Assembly (NCBI GenBank): GCA_963711835.1
Contig: CAVQFQ010000017.1
Coordinates: 96,001 to 160,000 of the forward strand
Reading direction: 5' to 3'
DNA: 64,000 bases
Source: an uncultured delta proteobacterium
Lineage (GTDB): Bacteria; Desulfobacterota; RBG-13-43-22
Under the pieces are notes generated by a model that saw only the letters and a program-made list of their open reading frames with translations, was not told the DNA's origin and did no database searches. Shown piece after piece: positions 49,407 to 59,870 of this stretch (positions are counted from its first letter, which is position 1; each line of letters begins with the position of its first letter). Both the position numbers and the translations under genes were made by a program.

Positions 49407-50390
49407 ATGAAAAAGAAATTAATAATTCTTGTTATACTGGTGATCGCGGTGGGTATTGGCATTTATATTTATAAGAATCGCCGGACCCCGGAGTCGAATA
49501 GTATCCGGGTCTCAGGAAATATCGAGATTACCGATGTGGAGGCGAGCTTCAAGATACCGGGCCGGGTGGAGGAACGAATGGTCTCCGAAGGGGAAGCGGT
49601 TCAGGCCGGACAGGTGGTGGCCCGCATAGACAGCCAAGATCTGGCCCGGGAGACCGCCCAGCGCCGGGCCCAGGTGGCAGCCGCCCAGGCCGCCCTGGCT
49701 GAACTAAGAGCCGGCTCCCGTCCGGAAGAGATCGCCCAGGCCGAAGCGGTCCTGGAAAGGACTCGAGCCGATGGAGCCCGGGCCAGGCTGGAATTCGAGA
49801 GGCAGAAAAAACTCTACGAGAGGGAAGTCATTTCCACCCGGGAATTCGATCAGGCCAGGACGGCCTTTGATGCCGCAGAAGCCAGAAGCAGGGAAACCAG
49901 GGAATCTTTGGCCCTGGTTCGCCAGGGCCCCAGGAAGGAAAAAATTGATCAGGCCGGTGCGGCCTTGGACCAGGCCAGACAAGCCCTGGCCCTGGCCGAA
50001 ACCCGAATGGGCTATGCCACCCTTTACTCTCCAACTTCGGGCGTCGTCCTTTCCGAGAATGTTGAAGCAGGCGAGTTTGTTTCCCCCGGAACACCGGTCC
50101 TGACGATCGGCGACTTGAAGAGGGTCTTTCTAAGGGCCTACATCAACGAAACCGACTTGGGCCGGGTCAAAACAGGCCAGACCGTTCGCATCAGGACCGA
50201 TACCTTTCCCGGCAAAACCTACGAGGGCCGAATTTCTTTCATGGCTTCGCAGGCCGAATTTACCCCAAAAAACATCCAGACCCAGAAAGAACGGGTCAAG
50301 CTGGTTTATCGCATTAAGGTGGATATTCCCAATCCCAATCTGGAGCTTAAACCCGGCATGCCGGCCGATGGGGAAATACTGCTGAGATAA
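49407..50390 (+). CDS. HlyD-family membrane fusion protein (YbhG-like)
   Basis: N-terminal TM, VSGNIE, AEFTPKNIQT and LKPGMPAD. Confidence 0.92.
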   Translation: MKKKLIILVILVIAVGIGIYIYKNRRTPESNSIRVSGNIEITDVEASFKIPGRVEERMVSEGEAVQAGQVVARIDSQDLARETAQRRAQVAAAQAALAELRAGSRPEEIAQAEAVLERTRADGARARLEFERQKKLYEREVISTREFDQARTAFDAAEARSRETRESLALVRQGPRKEKIDQAGAALDQARQALALAETRMGYATLYSPTSGVVLSENVEAGEFVSPGTPVLTIGDLKRVFLRAYINETDLGRVKTGQTVRIRTDTFPGKTYEGRISFMASQAEFTPKNIQTQKERVKLVYRIKVDIPNPNLELKPGMPADGEILLR

Positions 50391-50395
50391 AAAAC

Positions 50396-50587
50396 GATAC
50401 TGGATGCTGGATACTGGAAAACTGATGCCAGGTAATAGATGCCGGATACCGGAATCCTGTTCAAAAAATTCGAAATCCGAAACAAATTCAAATGATCAAA
50501 TTTAAAAATCGAAACGTTTTTGTTTTGATCATTTAGGTTTTGGACCTTCGTACTTGTTTCGGATTTCGTGCTTCGTATTTCGAATTT
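50396..50587. repeat. Heptamer repeats plus long imperfect hairpin
   Basis: GATACTG-GATGCTG-GATACTG; CGAAATCCGAAACAA / TTGTTTCGGATTTCG with TTCG recurring every 7 bases. Confidence 0.7.
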
Positions 50588-50633
50588 ATAGGTCCTCATG
50601 TTCAAAGGCTAACGAGATAAATTCTCAGATTAA

Positions 50634-51579
50634 ATGGATGCTATTCGAACTGAAAAGCTGTCGAAGACCTTCAACGGCCTGATGGCTGTTAATGAACTGT
50701 CCCTTTCGGTTTCCGAAGGGGAGATCTTCGGCCTGGTGGGGCCGGACGGGGCGGGCAAATCAACGACCATGAGGCTGTTGACTTCGATCCTGGATCCTAC
50801 CTCGGGTGAGGCCTGGGTGGCCGGTCTGCCTATCGTTAAAAAGGCTGAGGCCATAAAGGAAGCCATCGGTTACATGAGCCAGCGCTTCGGCCTCTACCCT
50901 GATCTGACGGTGATGGAGAACATTCAATTTTATGCCGATATCTATGGAGTGCCCCGAAAGGGCCGGGAAGAAAAGATCGACCGCCTGTTAGGTTTCAGCA
51001 ATCTGGCTCCTTTTAAAAAAAGGCAGGCCGGTAACCTCTCCGGAGGGATGAAGCAAAAATTGGGTCTGGCCTGTGCCCTGATCCATACCCCCCAGGTCCT
51101 GTTTCTGGATGAGCCCACCAACGGCGTTGATCCGGTTTCCCGCCGGGATTTCTGGCGCATCCTCTACCAACTGCTTAAGGAAAAAGTCACTATCTTCGTC
51201 TCGACCGCCTATTTGGATGAGGCTGAACGGTGCAACCGGATAGCCCTTATCCATAAAGGGAAGGTTTTAGCCTTGGGTACGCCTGAGGAAATAAAAAAAA
51301 TGATGCCGGGGACTATCCTGGAGATCCGGGCCAACCAACCCCGAAAGGCCACGGCCTTATTACGGGAACACTATAAGGCCGATTCGGTAGGCTTGTTCGG
51401 GGACCGGGTTCATCTGATTACCCAAGATCCGGAAAAAGATACCGAAGAGGTTTGAAAAAATAATTGCCGGGGCCGGCCTGCTCTGTCAGGGTGTCCGGAC
51501 CATCGCGCCTTCCCTCGAGGATGTTTTCATCTCCGTGGTCGCAGAAGACAAAGGGCAGCCAAGCCATGGGCCCCAATAA
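50634..51579 (+). CDS. ABC efflux ATPase 1; apparent frameshift near 51450-51490
   Basis: GPDGAGKS, LSGGMKQK and DEPT; conserved PSLEDVFIS tail lies in another frame ending at TAA 51579. Confidence 0.85.
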
Positions 51580-52540
51580 CAACGGTCCGGCCGTGGTAGT
51601 TAAAGATCTGGAACGGCGCTTCGGCAATTTCGTTGCGGTAAACCGGGTCAGTTTTGAGGTGGAACGGGGAGAAATTTTCGGCTTCCTGGGCCCTAACGGG
51701 GCCGGTAAATCCACCACCATCCGTATGCTCTGCGGCATCCTGGCCCCCAGCGGCGGATCGGGGACCGTAGCCGGGTTTGACATTGTAAAAGAAGCGGAAA
51801 AGATCAAGGCCCATATCGGCTATATGAGCCAGAAATTTTCTCTTTATGAGGATCTCACGGTTGAAGAAAACATCAACTTTTACGGCGGCATTTATAATAT
51901 TCCCGAGGCCAAAAAAGAGGAAAGAAAAGAATGGGTCCTTCAGATGGCCGGCCTCAAAGAACATCGCCTGGCCCGCACGGCCCTGCTTTCCGGAGGCTGG
52001 AAGCAACGCCTGGCCCTGGGCTGCGCCATTCTCCATGAACCGCCCATTATTTTCCTGGATGAGCCCACCTCGGGGGTGGACCCCATCAGCCGCCGTCGGT
52101 TCTGGGACCTGATCTACGACCTCTCCGGGAAGGGGGTGACCGTTTTCGTCACCACGCATTATATGGATGAAGCCGAATACTGCGACCGCATCGGCCTGAT
52201 TTACCGGGGAGAGCTGATCGCCCTGGGGACCCCGGAAGTTCTCAAGACGGAATGGATGCAGGAGGAGGTCCTGGAATGTCTATGTGATCGGCCCCAGGAA
52301 GCCATGGACGTCATCGAAGCTATTCCAGAGGTGAAAGAAGTGGCCCTTTTCGGCACGGCTCTCCATATTGTCGTGGAGGATGCCGCTCTGGCCGCAGGCG
52401 CCATACAGAAGCGATTGACCGGGCAGGGATTTCTGGTAAGCCGGATAGAGAAAATTGTCCCTTCCCTGGAGGATGTTTTTGTTTCTCTGATCGAAGCCCG
52501 AGATCGGGCTGAACAGCCCCAGCAGGAGGTGCGCAGGTGA
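51566..52540 (+). CDS. ABC efflux ATPase 2
   Basis: GPNGAGKS, LSGGWKQR, DEPTSGVDP and PSLEDVF. Confidence 0.92.
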   Translation: MGPNNNGPAVVVKDLERRFGNFVAVNRVSFEVERGEIFGFLGPNGAGKSTTIRMLCGILAPSGGSGTVAGFDIVKEAEKIKAHIGYMSQKFSLYEDLTVEENINFYGGIYNIPEAKKEERKEWVLQMAGLKEHRLARTALLSGGWKQRLALGCAILHEPPIIFLDEPTSGVDPISRRRFWDLIYDLSGKGVTVFVTTHYMDEAEYCDRIGLIYRGELIALGTPEVLKTEWMQEEVLECLCDRPQEAMDVIEAIPEVKEVALFGTALHIVVEDAALAAGAIQKRLTGQGFLVSRIEKIVPSLEDVFVSLIEARDRAEQPQQEVRR

Positions 52541-53670
52541 GGCTGATGCGCATCTGGGCCATGGCCCGCAAGGAATTCATCCACATCTTCCGAGATCCCA
52601 GAAGTCTTGGCATGGGCATCGCCATTCCGATGATCATGCTGATTCTTTTTGGATATGCCTTAACCCTGGATGTGGATAAAGTGCCGCTGGTCATCTGGGA
52701 CCAGAATCGTTCCCAAACCAGCCGCGAGTTTGTCAGTCATTTTTTAGGGTCTCGCTATTTTTCCCTCCAGGGCCATGTGGATAATTATCGGGAATTGGAA
52801 AGAGCCATTGATTCCCGCCGGGCCCTGCTTTCTCTGGTCATTCCTCCTGATTTTGCGGGAAGGATTTCCTCGGGACGGAAGGCCACGGTTCAATTAATTG
52901 CGGATGGCAGTGATTCCAATACCGCGACCATCGCCATCGGTTATGCCGAAGGGATTGTCGCGGCCTTCTCCCAGGATATTTTTCTCCGGGAATTCAGAAG
53001 GCAGGGAGGGGGCTCCTTTTCCAGACCCGTCGATTTGAGGCCCCGGGTCTGGTTCAATGCCGACCTGGAATCCAGGAATTATATTATTCCCGGCCTCATC
53101 GCCGTCATCATGATGGTCATCGCCGCCCTGCTGACCTCGCTCACCGTAGCCAGGGAGTGGGAGCAGGGGACCATGGAGCAGTTGATCTCGACCCCGGTCA
53201 AGGCTCCGGAGTTGATCATCGGGAAACTGATCCCTTATTTTTCCATCGGGATGTTTGATGTGCTCCTGGCGGTTTTGATGGGGGAGTTTCTCTTCCAGGT
53301 TCCTTTGCGGGGCAACGCGGCCCTGATCTTCGGCCAGGCGGCTATTTTCCTGGTCGGCACCCTGTCTTTGGGTATGCTCATCAGTATTGTCACCAGAAAC
53401 CAGTTGCTGGCCAGCCAGCTGGCCCTGGTCCTGACCTTTCTGCCGGCCTTTCTGCTCTCCGGCTTCGCCTATCCTATCCGGAGTATGCCCCTGGCCCTTC
53501 AATACATTACCTATCTCATCCCGGCCAAGTATTTTGTGACCCTCCTGAAAGGCATCTACTTAAAAGGGGTCGGCCCCAAGGTATTGTTTGTGGAAGGCAT
53601 CTTCCTGGCTATTTTCGGTCTGGTCATGTTTGCCCTGGCCAATAAAAAATTTAAAAAGAAGTTGATCTGA
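52537..53670 (+). CDS. ABC-2 permease (YbhS-like)
   Basis: KEF.HI.RD, AREWEQGTMEQL and multiple TM segments. Confidence 0.92.
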   Translation: MRLMRIWAMARKEFIHIFRDPRSLGMGIAIPMIMLILFGYALTLDVDKVPLVIWDQNRSQTSREFVSHFLGSRYFSLQGHVDNYRELERAIDSRRALLSLVIPPDFAGRISSGRKATVQLIADGSDSNTATIAIGYAEGIVAAFSQDIFLREFRRQGGGSFSRPVDLRPRVWFNADLESRNYIIPGLIAVIMMVIAALLTSLTVAREWEQGTMEQLISTPVKAPELIIGKLIPYFSIGMFDVLLAVLMGEFLFQVPLRGNAALIFGQAAIFLVGTLSLGMLISIVTRNQLLASQLALVLTFLPAFLLSGFAYPIRSMPLALQYITYLIPAKYFVTLLKGIYLKGVGPKVLFVEGIFLAIFGLVMFALANKKFKKKLI

Positions 53671-53672
53671 TC

Positions 53673-54803
53673 ATGCTGGAACGCCTCAAGCAGATATTGA
53701 TCAAGGAATTCATCCAGATCCTTCGGGATCCCCGAGTCAGGGGCGTGGTTTTTGCCATGCCGGTTATTCAAATGGTCCTCTTCGGGTATGCGGTGACCAC
53801 CGATGTCAAGCATGTGGCCACGGCCGTTTATGACCTGGACCAGAGCGTTGCCAGCCGGGAGATCGTGGCCCGTTTTGTCCGATCGGGGTATTTCGACATT
53901 GTTTCCCATGTGACCCGGGAAGAAGAGGTGCAGGCTCTGCTGGACCGCGGACAGGTCCAGGCCCTGCTGCGCCTGAACAAAGGACTGGAAGAAAACCTGA
54001 AAGGCGGGAGGCCGGCGGCCATCCAGCTTATCGTGGATGGGACCGATTCCAATACCGCCGCTATTGTCTTAAATTATAGCGGCAAAATTGCGGCCGAATA
54101 TTCTCAGGAAATTTTAATAGACCGTTGGGCTCGCCTGCGTGGCCTTAATCAGAAACCGGGGCGGGTGGAGTTGGAGTCCCGAGCCTGGTTTAATGAAAAC
54201 CTGGAGAGTCGAAATTTTTATGTGCCCGGCGTCATCGCTTTGCTGGTCATGCTCATCACCCTGATGTTAACCAGCATGGCCGTGGTCCGGGAAAAGGAGA
54301 TCGGGACCATGGAGCAGATCATGGTCACTCCCATTACTCCGAAGGAATTTATTTTAGGGAAGACCATTCCTTTCGCCCTGATCAGTTTCATTGATGTGAT
54401 CTTGATCACCCTCGTGGGGGTATTCTGGTTCGAGGTCCCTATCCGGGGAAGTCTGTTGTTGCTCCTCTTGGCCACCGGGCTTTATGTCATGACCACCCTG
54501 GCGGTAGGACTTTTCATTTCCACGGTCAGCCGCACCCAGCAGCAGGCCATGATGAGCGCCTTCTTTTTTAACTTTCCGGCCGTGCTGCTCTCGGGATTCG
54601 TCTTCCCCATCGCCAATATGCCCGAAGTGATCCAGTGGCTCACCTACCTCAATCCCCTGCGGTATTTCCTGATCATCATTCGCGGGGTTTTCCTTAAAGG
54701 GGTGGGATTCATGATTCTCTGGCCGCACATGGCGGCCCTGACGGTAATGGGCCTGCTGACCTTGTGGCTGGCCTCGCGAAGGTTTCAAAAAACCATGACC
54801 TAA
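53673..54803 (+). CDS. ABC-2 permease (YbhR-like)
   Basis: KEFIQILRD, VREKEIGTMEQ and NPLRYF. Confidence 0.92.
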   Translation: MLERLKQILIKEFIQILRDPRVRGVVFAMPVIQMVLFGYAVTTDVKHVATAVYDLDQSVASREIVARFVRSGYFDIVSHVTREEEVQALLDRGQVQALLRLNKGLEENLKGGRPAAIQLIVDGTDSNTAAIVLNYSGKIAAEYSQEILIDRWARLRGLNQKPGRVELESRAWFNENLESRNFYVPGVIALLVMLITLMLTSMAVVREKEIGTMEQIMVTPITPKEFILGKTIPFALISFIDVILITLVGVFWFEVPIRGSLLLLLLATGLYVMTTLAVGLFISTVSRTQQQAMMSAFFFNFPAVLLSGFVFPIANMPEVIQWLTYLNPLRYFLIIIRGVFLKGVGFMILWPHMAALTVMGLLTLWLASRRFQKTMT

Positions 54804-54931
54804 CAGGTTGATGAAAAACGCCCATCTGCTGTGTTGCCCTCGTCCCTCGTCATACCGGCGTACTTATATGTACGCCTCATTCCTCGGAAGTTCGGGCGCC
54901 TTGCATCTGAGCATTTTTGATCAACCTGTTA
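54801..54931. mobile_element. 131-bp palindromic MITE-like element
   Basis: TAACAGGTTGAT / ATCAACCTGTTA ends; central GGCGTAC / GTACGCC stem. Confidence 0.7.
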
Positions 54932-54970
54932 ACTCAGGTTTGGATTAAATCACCAAATATGGAGGCGGGT

Positions 54971-56324
54971 ATGAAAGCCTTTTTGAGAAAAATGAGTTTT
55001 GGGCTGGTGGGGACGGTTTGGTCCATCGCTTTATGGAGCGGTCCGGGTTGGGCTCAGTCCAACCAGCCACCCCTTCCCCATAGACCTTTATCGCTTAACG
55101 GATTGTGTCCACTTGGCTCTGGAGCAAAACCCTCTGCAGCGGGCCGCCATCATGGGGTTTGCGGCCGCCAAAGAGGCGGTCGGAGAGGCCAAGGCCCCCT
55201 ATTATCCTGAGCTGGGGCTGCAGGCCGGATATCGCCGCTGGCAGACCCATGCCTTTCTGCCCGGTTATATCCGCATCCCCCCCGGCTCGCCGACGGTCCT
55301 GGGACCTACCGACGACTGGCTGGCCGGCATCCGTTCCCGCTATACCCTGTTTGACAGCGGCGAGCGGCGGGCCCAACTGGATACGGTTCTGGCCAGGCAG
55401 GGGGTGGCCGAAGAGGAGAAAGCCCGAGTCACCCAGGATATTATTCTTCTGGTTCACCAGGGTTTCTATGGGGTTTTGGCCGCCCGGGAGACCCGGCAAG
55501 TGGCCGAGAAAAATCTGGAGCGGGCCAAGGACCACCTGCGTTTAACCAGGGAGCGCAAGGCCGCCGGGGCCGTTCCCCTGGCCGATGTCCTTCGGGCCCA
55601 GGTGGAGATGTCCAATGCCGAGCTGGGCCTGGTCCGGGCGGAAAACCTGATCCGGGTTTCCAAAGGCAATCTAAACACCGCCATGGGCCTGCCGGTGGAA
55701 ACAAACCTGGAGGTGGAGGTCCGGAAAGGGGAGGTCATTTCACCTGAAAAGACGGATCTTGATCAGGCTATGGACGAGGCCGGGCGAAACCGACCGGAGG
55801 TCCGGGCGGTGGTTCAACGGATCAAGGCCTCCCAGGGATCGGTGGCCCTGGCCAAGAGCGCCTTCGGTCCGAAATTAAAGGCCGAGGGGAGTTACGGCTG
55901 GCGGGATTCTGAATTCCGGCCCGAGGATGAGGATTGGGCCGTCGGCCTGACCATCGAATGGCCGCTTTTTACCGGATTTTTTCGAAAGCACCGTTTGGAC
56001 CGGTTCAAGGCCGAGCTTTTCAAAGAGGAGGCCGAGGCAAAACACCTGTTGCACAAAGTCCGGCAGGAGGTCTGGACCGCCCATTCCCGTTTTCGGGAAG
56101 CCTTTGAGGCGATTCAGGCCAGCATCCCCCTGGTTGCCAATGCCGAGGAAAGCCTGCGCATGTCTAAAGAGCGCTACGAAGTGGGGGCCGGGACGGTTAC
56201 GGATTTACTCGATGCCCAAACCGCTCTGGCCCGGGCCCAGGCCTCCCGGGTGGAAGCGGAATGGGATTATTTTATCGCCCTGGCCCAGTTTCAACGGGCC
56301 GTCGGCCGTTTGGGGATTGAATAA
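54971..56324 (+). CDS. TolC-family outer membrane efflux protein; apparent frameshift near 55085
   Basis: Signal peptide from ATG 54971; ALEQNP, YYPEL and RYEVGAGT.TDLLDAQ. Confidence 0.85.
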
Positions 56325-56400
56325 AAAATTATTTACTTTTTAATGAAGAAAGTGTATATAACTTAGTTTATTTCACAACTTTTAGTCGGGAGGGATGCCG

Positions 56401-56646
56401 ATGGCCAGGGTTACCGTTGAAGACTGTTTGGAAAAAATACCCAACCGCTTTGCCTTAATTCATTTGGCTTTTCAAAGGGTTAAAATGGTTAGAGCCGGGG
56501 ATCCGCCCCGGGTGCAATCTAAGAACAAAGAGGTGGTCCAGGCCTTACGGGAGATTGCGGCCGGGAAAGTTACCCTGCCCCCGGGTCTTGACCTGGCCTT
56601 TCTGAAGGATGAGGGCGCAGAGATTGGGAAAGCCATCCCCGCTTAG
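56401..56646 (+). CDS. rpoZ: RNA polymerase omega subunit
   Basis: [14 protein letters not shown] and ALREIAAG. Confidence 0.93.
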   Translation: MARVTVEDCLEKIPNRFALIHLAFQRVKMVRAGDPPRVQSKNKEVVQALREIAAGKVTLPPGLDLAFLKDEGAEIGKAIPA

Positions 56647-57199
56647 GAAAAAAACTTCCCGACCCCCCTCCCTGGCCGAAGCCTGGACCCATCTGGACCC
56701 CCAGGGAAAAGCCCGCATGGTGGACGTTACTTTAAAAAAAATCACCCGGCGGGAGGCCTGGGCCACCGGGTCGATTCGGCTGAGAGCGGAAACCTTGGAG
56801 GGAATTCAAAAAAACGAAATAAAGAAAGGGGATGTCCTGAACGTGGCCAGAGTGGCGGCCATCTTGGCGGCCAAAAAGACCTCTGAACTCATTCCCTTGT
56901 GTCACCCCTTAAAGATCACCGAGGTGGAGATCAGCTTTTCTCTGGAAAAGGATCCCCCCCGGATATGCCTCCTAAGCAGGGTGCAGGCGGCCGACCGGAC
57001 CGGTGTGGAGATGGAGGCCCTGACCGCAGTGGCCGCAGCGGCTTTGACCATTTACGATATGTGCAAGGCCATAGACCGGGAGATGCTGATCACCGATATC
57101 GGTTTATTAAAGAAAACCGGGGGTAAAAGCGGGACGTATCTCAGGAAAGGTTCCATCCCTCCTGAAAAGGGTGGAGAGCATTTAGGAGAGAGGCCATGA
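56624..57199 (+). CDS. moaC: Cyclic pyranopterin monophosphate synthase
   Basis: [27 protein letters not shown] and KTGGKSG; start codon uncertain. Confidence 0.93.
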   Translation: MGKPSPLRKKTSRPPSLAEAWTHLDPQGKARMVDVTLKKITRREAWATGSIRLRAETLEGIQKNEIKKGDVLNVARVAAILAAKKTSELIPLCHPLKITEVEISFSLEKDPPRICLLSRVQAADRTGVEMEALTAVAAAALTIYDMCKAIDREMLITDIGLLKKTGGKSGTYLRKGSIPPEKGGEHLGERP

Positions 57200-57558
57200 A
57201 TGCCAAAAAGATAGCCTATTTTAAAAAACTTTTAAATGAGCAGAGGCGGTCTTTGATTTTAGAGGCGCAAAAGACCGTCAGTGGTATGACGGATTTCAAA
57301 GAAACCTTTCCGGATCCGACCGACCGGGCTACGCTGGAATCGGATCGCAATTTTATGCTTAGGATTCGGGGGCGAGAAAGGAGACTCCTCCTGAAGATAG
57401 AGGAAGCCCTGGAACGAATTGAAGACGGCAGTTTCGGGAGCTGTGAAAAATGCGGGGAGGATATCTCGGAAGAACGCTTAAAGGCCCGCCCGGTCACCAC
57501 CCACTGCATTGAGTGTAAAAAAAAGGAAGAGGCCTTGGAAAAAGCCAGAGGGGATTAG
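57196..57558 (+). CDS. dksA: RNA polymerase-binding protein DksA
   Basis: DPTDRA coiled-coil tip and CEKC...CIEC zinc finger. Confidence 0.93.
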   Translation: MNAKKIAYFKKLLNEQRRSLILEAQKTVSGMTDFKETFPDPTDRATLESDRNFMLRIRGRERRLLLKIEEALERIEDGSFGSCEKCGEDISEERLKARPVTTHCIECKKKEEALEKARGD

Positions 57559-57631
57559 AAGGATCTCATCCCCCAAACACCCTCCAGCCTGGCCGTTCCT
57601 TACCTCCGAGCCGGTGCAGGGCCTTTAAGAC

Positions 57632-59029
57632 ATGTTTAAAAAGAGACTCCAATTATTTCAATCCCTTCTTGTTTTGAATGATGCCTTAACCCTTACGGCC
57701 TGCTGGATTGGAGCCTACTATCTCCGTTTTTTCACCTCCCTGGTCCCTGTTACCAAAGGCGTTCCCTTACTGGAAGACTATCTCTCCCTGCTTTTATTTG
57801 TCCTGGTTATTTGGATCGGGACCTTTCATTTAAACGGCCTTTACCACCGTTTTTATAGCCGCCGGAAAGAAATCTGGACCTTATTTAAAGCCACCTTCGT
57901 GGCCTTAATGATTCTGGTCTTTATTACCTTTTTCTTTAAGAGAACCGAATTTTCACGGCTGGTTTTCCTTTATTTCGGCCTCATAAGTTTTCTGGTCATC
58001 GCCCTGGGCCGTACCTTTTTAAAGGGCTATTTCATCTCTCTCCAGAGAAGACACCTTAGCCTGGATCGGGTCTTGATTGTTGGGACCCGGGAATTGGCTC
58101 AGAAGGTGGCCGAGACCATCCAGGTCCATCCGGAATTAGGGCTGACGGTCATCGGCCTGTTAAGCCGGGGGGCCCAAAAAACCGGAACCAGGGTCCAGGG
58201 GATTGAGGTCTTGGGCCTTTATGAAGATATCGACCGGGTGATCCGCGATCACCAGGTCAACCTGGTTATTTTTGCCATGTCGTTGACGGCCCAGCCGAAA
58301 TTGGAAGACCTTCTAAGCCGGATCCGAGATGAAATGGTCGATATAAAAATAGTCCCTGATGTCTACCGGTTTATCAGTTTGCGGGGAGGGGTTGAGGAAT
58401 TTGAAGGCCTGCCTTTTATCAACCTTCGGGAATCCCCTATGGTAGGGCTGAATCGGGTTCTAAAAAGAACGGTGGATATCGTTTTGGCCGCCCTGGGTTT
58501 GATCTTCTTTTTCCCTCTCTTCATTCTAATCGCCCTGGCCGTTAAGCTGTCCTCGCCCGGTCCGGTTTTTTATCGGCAGGTCCGGATGGGTCTGGATGGA
58601 CGTATTTTTGAAATGTTGAAATTCCGCTCCATGGTGGTTCAGGCCGAAGAAGGGACCGGACCGGTCTGGGCCCAGAAGGGAGATTCCAGGCGGACCGGGG
58701 TCGGCCGAACGATCCGCCGCCTGAGTCTGGATGAATTGCCGCAATTATTGAATGTCCTCAGGGGAGAGATGAGCCTGGTCGGGCCCCGCCCCGAACGGCC
58801 GGAACTGATCGATCGCTTCAAGGCCAAAATCCCCAACTACATGCTGCGACACAAGATGAAGGCCGGCATGACCGGCTGGGCCCAAATTCATGGCTGGCGG
58901 GGCAATACCTCTCTCGAAAAACGTATTGAATTTGATCTCTATTATATTGAAAACTGGTCGATGTTCCTGGATTACAAGATCCTCCTCAAAACCCTCTGGA
59001 AAGGGGTATTCAGCCGGGAGGCCTATTAA
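57632..59029 (+). CDS. Undecaprenyl-phosphate sugar phosphotransferase (WcaJ-like)
   Basis: N-terminal TMs; KFRSM, LDELPQ, MSLVGPRPE and GMTGWAQ. Confidence 0.92.
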   Translation: MFKKRLQLFQSLLVLNDALTLTACWIGAYYLRFFTSLVPVTKGVPLLEDYLSLLLFVLVIWIGTFHLNGLYHRFYSRRKEIWTLFKATFVALMILVFITFFFKRTEFSRLVFLYFGLISFLVIALGRTFLKGYFISLQRRHLSLDRVLIVGTRELAQKVAETIQVHPELGLTVIGLLSRGAQKTGTRVQGIEVLGLYEDIDRVIRDHQVNLVIFAMSLTAQPKLEDLLSRIRDEMVDIKIVPDVYRFISLRGGVEEFEGLPFINLRESPMVGLNRVLKRTVDIVLAALGLIFFFPLFILIALAVKLSSPGPVFYRQVRMGLDGRIFEMLKFRSMVVQAEEGTGPVWAQKGDSRRTGVGRTIRRLSLDELPQLLNVLRGEMSLVGPRPERPELIDRFKAKIPNYMLRHKMKAGMTGWAQIHGWRGNTSLEKRIEFDLYYIENWSMFLDYKILLKTLWKGVFSREAY

Positions 59030-59075
59030 TGAGCTGACCGCTCATGGCTCGCAGCTGACAGCAGATGAAACCGTT

Positions 59076-59864
59076 ATGGTTAAACTGATTTGGCAACATA
59101 TTGAGGAACTGCTTCGTTACCGCAGTCTGATCGGGAGCCTGGTAACCCGGGAATTAAAGGCCCGTTACCGGGGGTCCCTGCTCGGTTTTCTCTGGACCTT
59201 TCTCAATCCCCTTTTGCTCCTGGGGGTCTATGCCCTGGTTTTCAATGTGTATCTCAGAATCCAGATGGAACATTATGCCGGATTCATGTTTGTCGGACTC
59301 TTGCCCTGGATCTGGTTTGCCTCCGCCCTGCAGGAAGGTTCGATCTCCATAACGGCCGGGGGCAGTCTGGTGACCAAGGTCCTCTTCCCCAGCCAGGTTC
59401 TTCCCGTGGTTAAAATTTTTTCCAATCTCTTAAATTATCTTTTAAGTCTGCCCATCCTCTTTATCTTTCTTTGGGTCATGGGGGTCTTTCAGGGCTGGAC
59501 CCTGCTTTGGCTGCCTTTGATCATCGTGATCCATCTGCTTTTTATAACCGGCCTGGTCACCATGGTTGCCACCATCAATGTTTTTTTCAGGGATATCCAG
59601 TACATCCTGGCCAATCTATTGACCCTCTGGTTTTTTCTAACCCCGATTCTGTATCCCCTTTCCCAGGTTCCCGGGCCTTTTCAAAAATGGGTCCTGCTGA
59701 ATCCCACGACCCTGATCACCCTGGCCTATCAGGATATTTTTTTTTACCGCCGGGTCCCGAATCTCTGGTATCTTCTTAGCCTCTTTATCCTTTCTCTCGT
59801 GCTGCTGGGGATAGGCATCATCCTTTTTGAATCCTATAAGGACACCTTCGCTGAGAAAATCTAA
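59076..59864 (+). CDS. wzm: Polysaccharide ABC exporter permease
   Basis: RELKARYRGSLLGFLWTFLNP, FRD and TPILY. Confidence 0.9.
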   Translation: MVKLIWQHIEELLRYRSLIGSLVTRELKARYRGSLLGFLWTFLNPLLLLGVYALVFNVYLRIQMEHYAGFMFVGLLPWIWFASALQEGSISITAGGSLVTKVLFPSQVLPVVKIFSNLLNYLLSLPILFIFLWVMGVFQGWTLLWLPLIIVIHLLFITGLVTMVATINVFFRDIQYILANLLTLWFFLTPILYPLSQVPGPFQKWVLLNPTTLITLAYQDIFFYRRVPNLWYLLSLFILSLVLLGIGIILFESYKDTFAEKI

Positions 59865-59870
59865 TCACCC

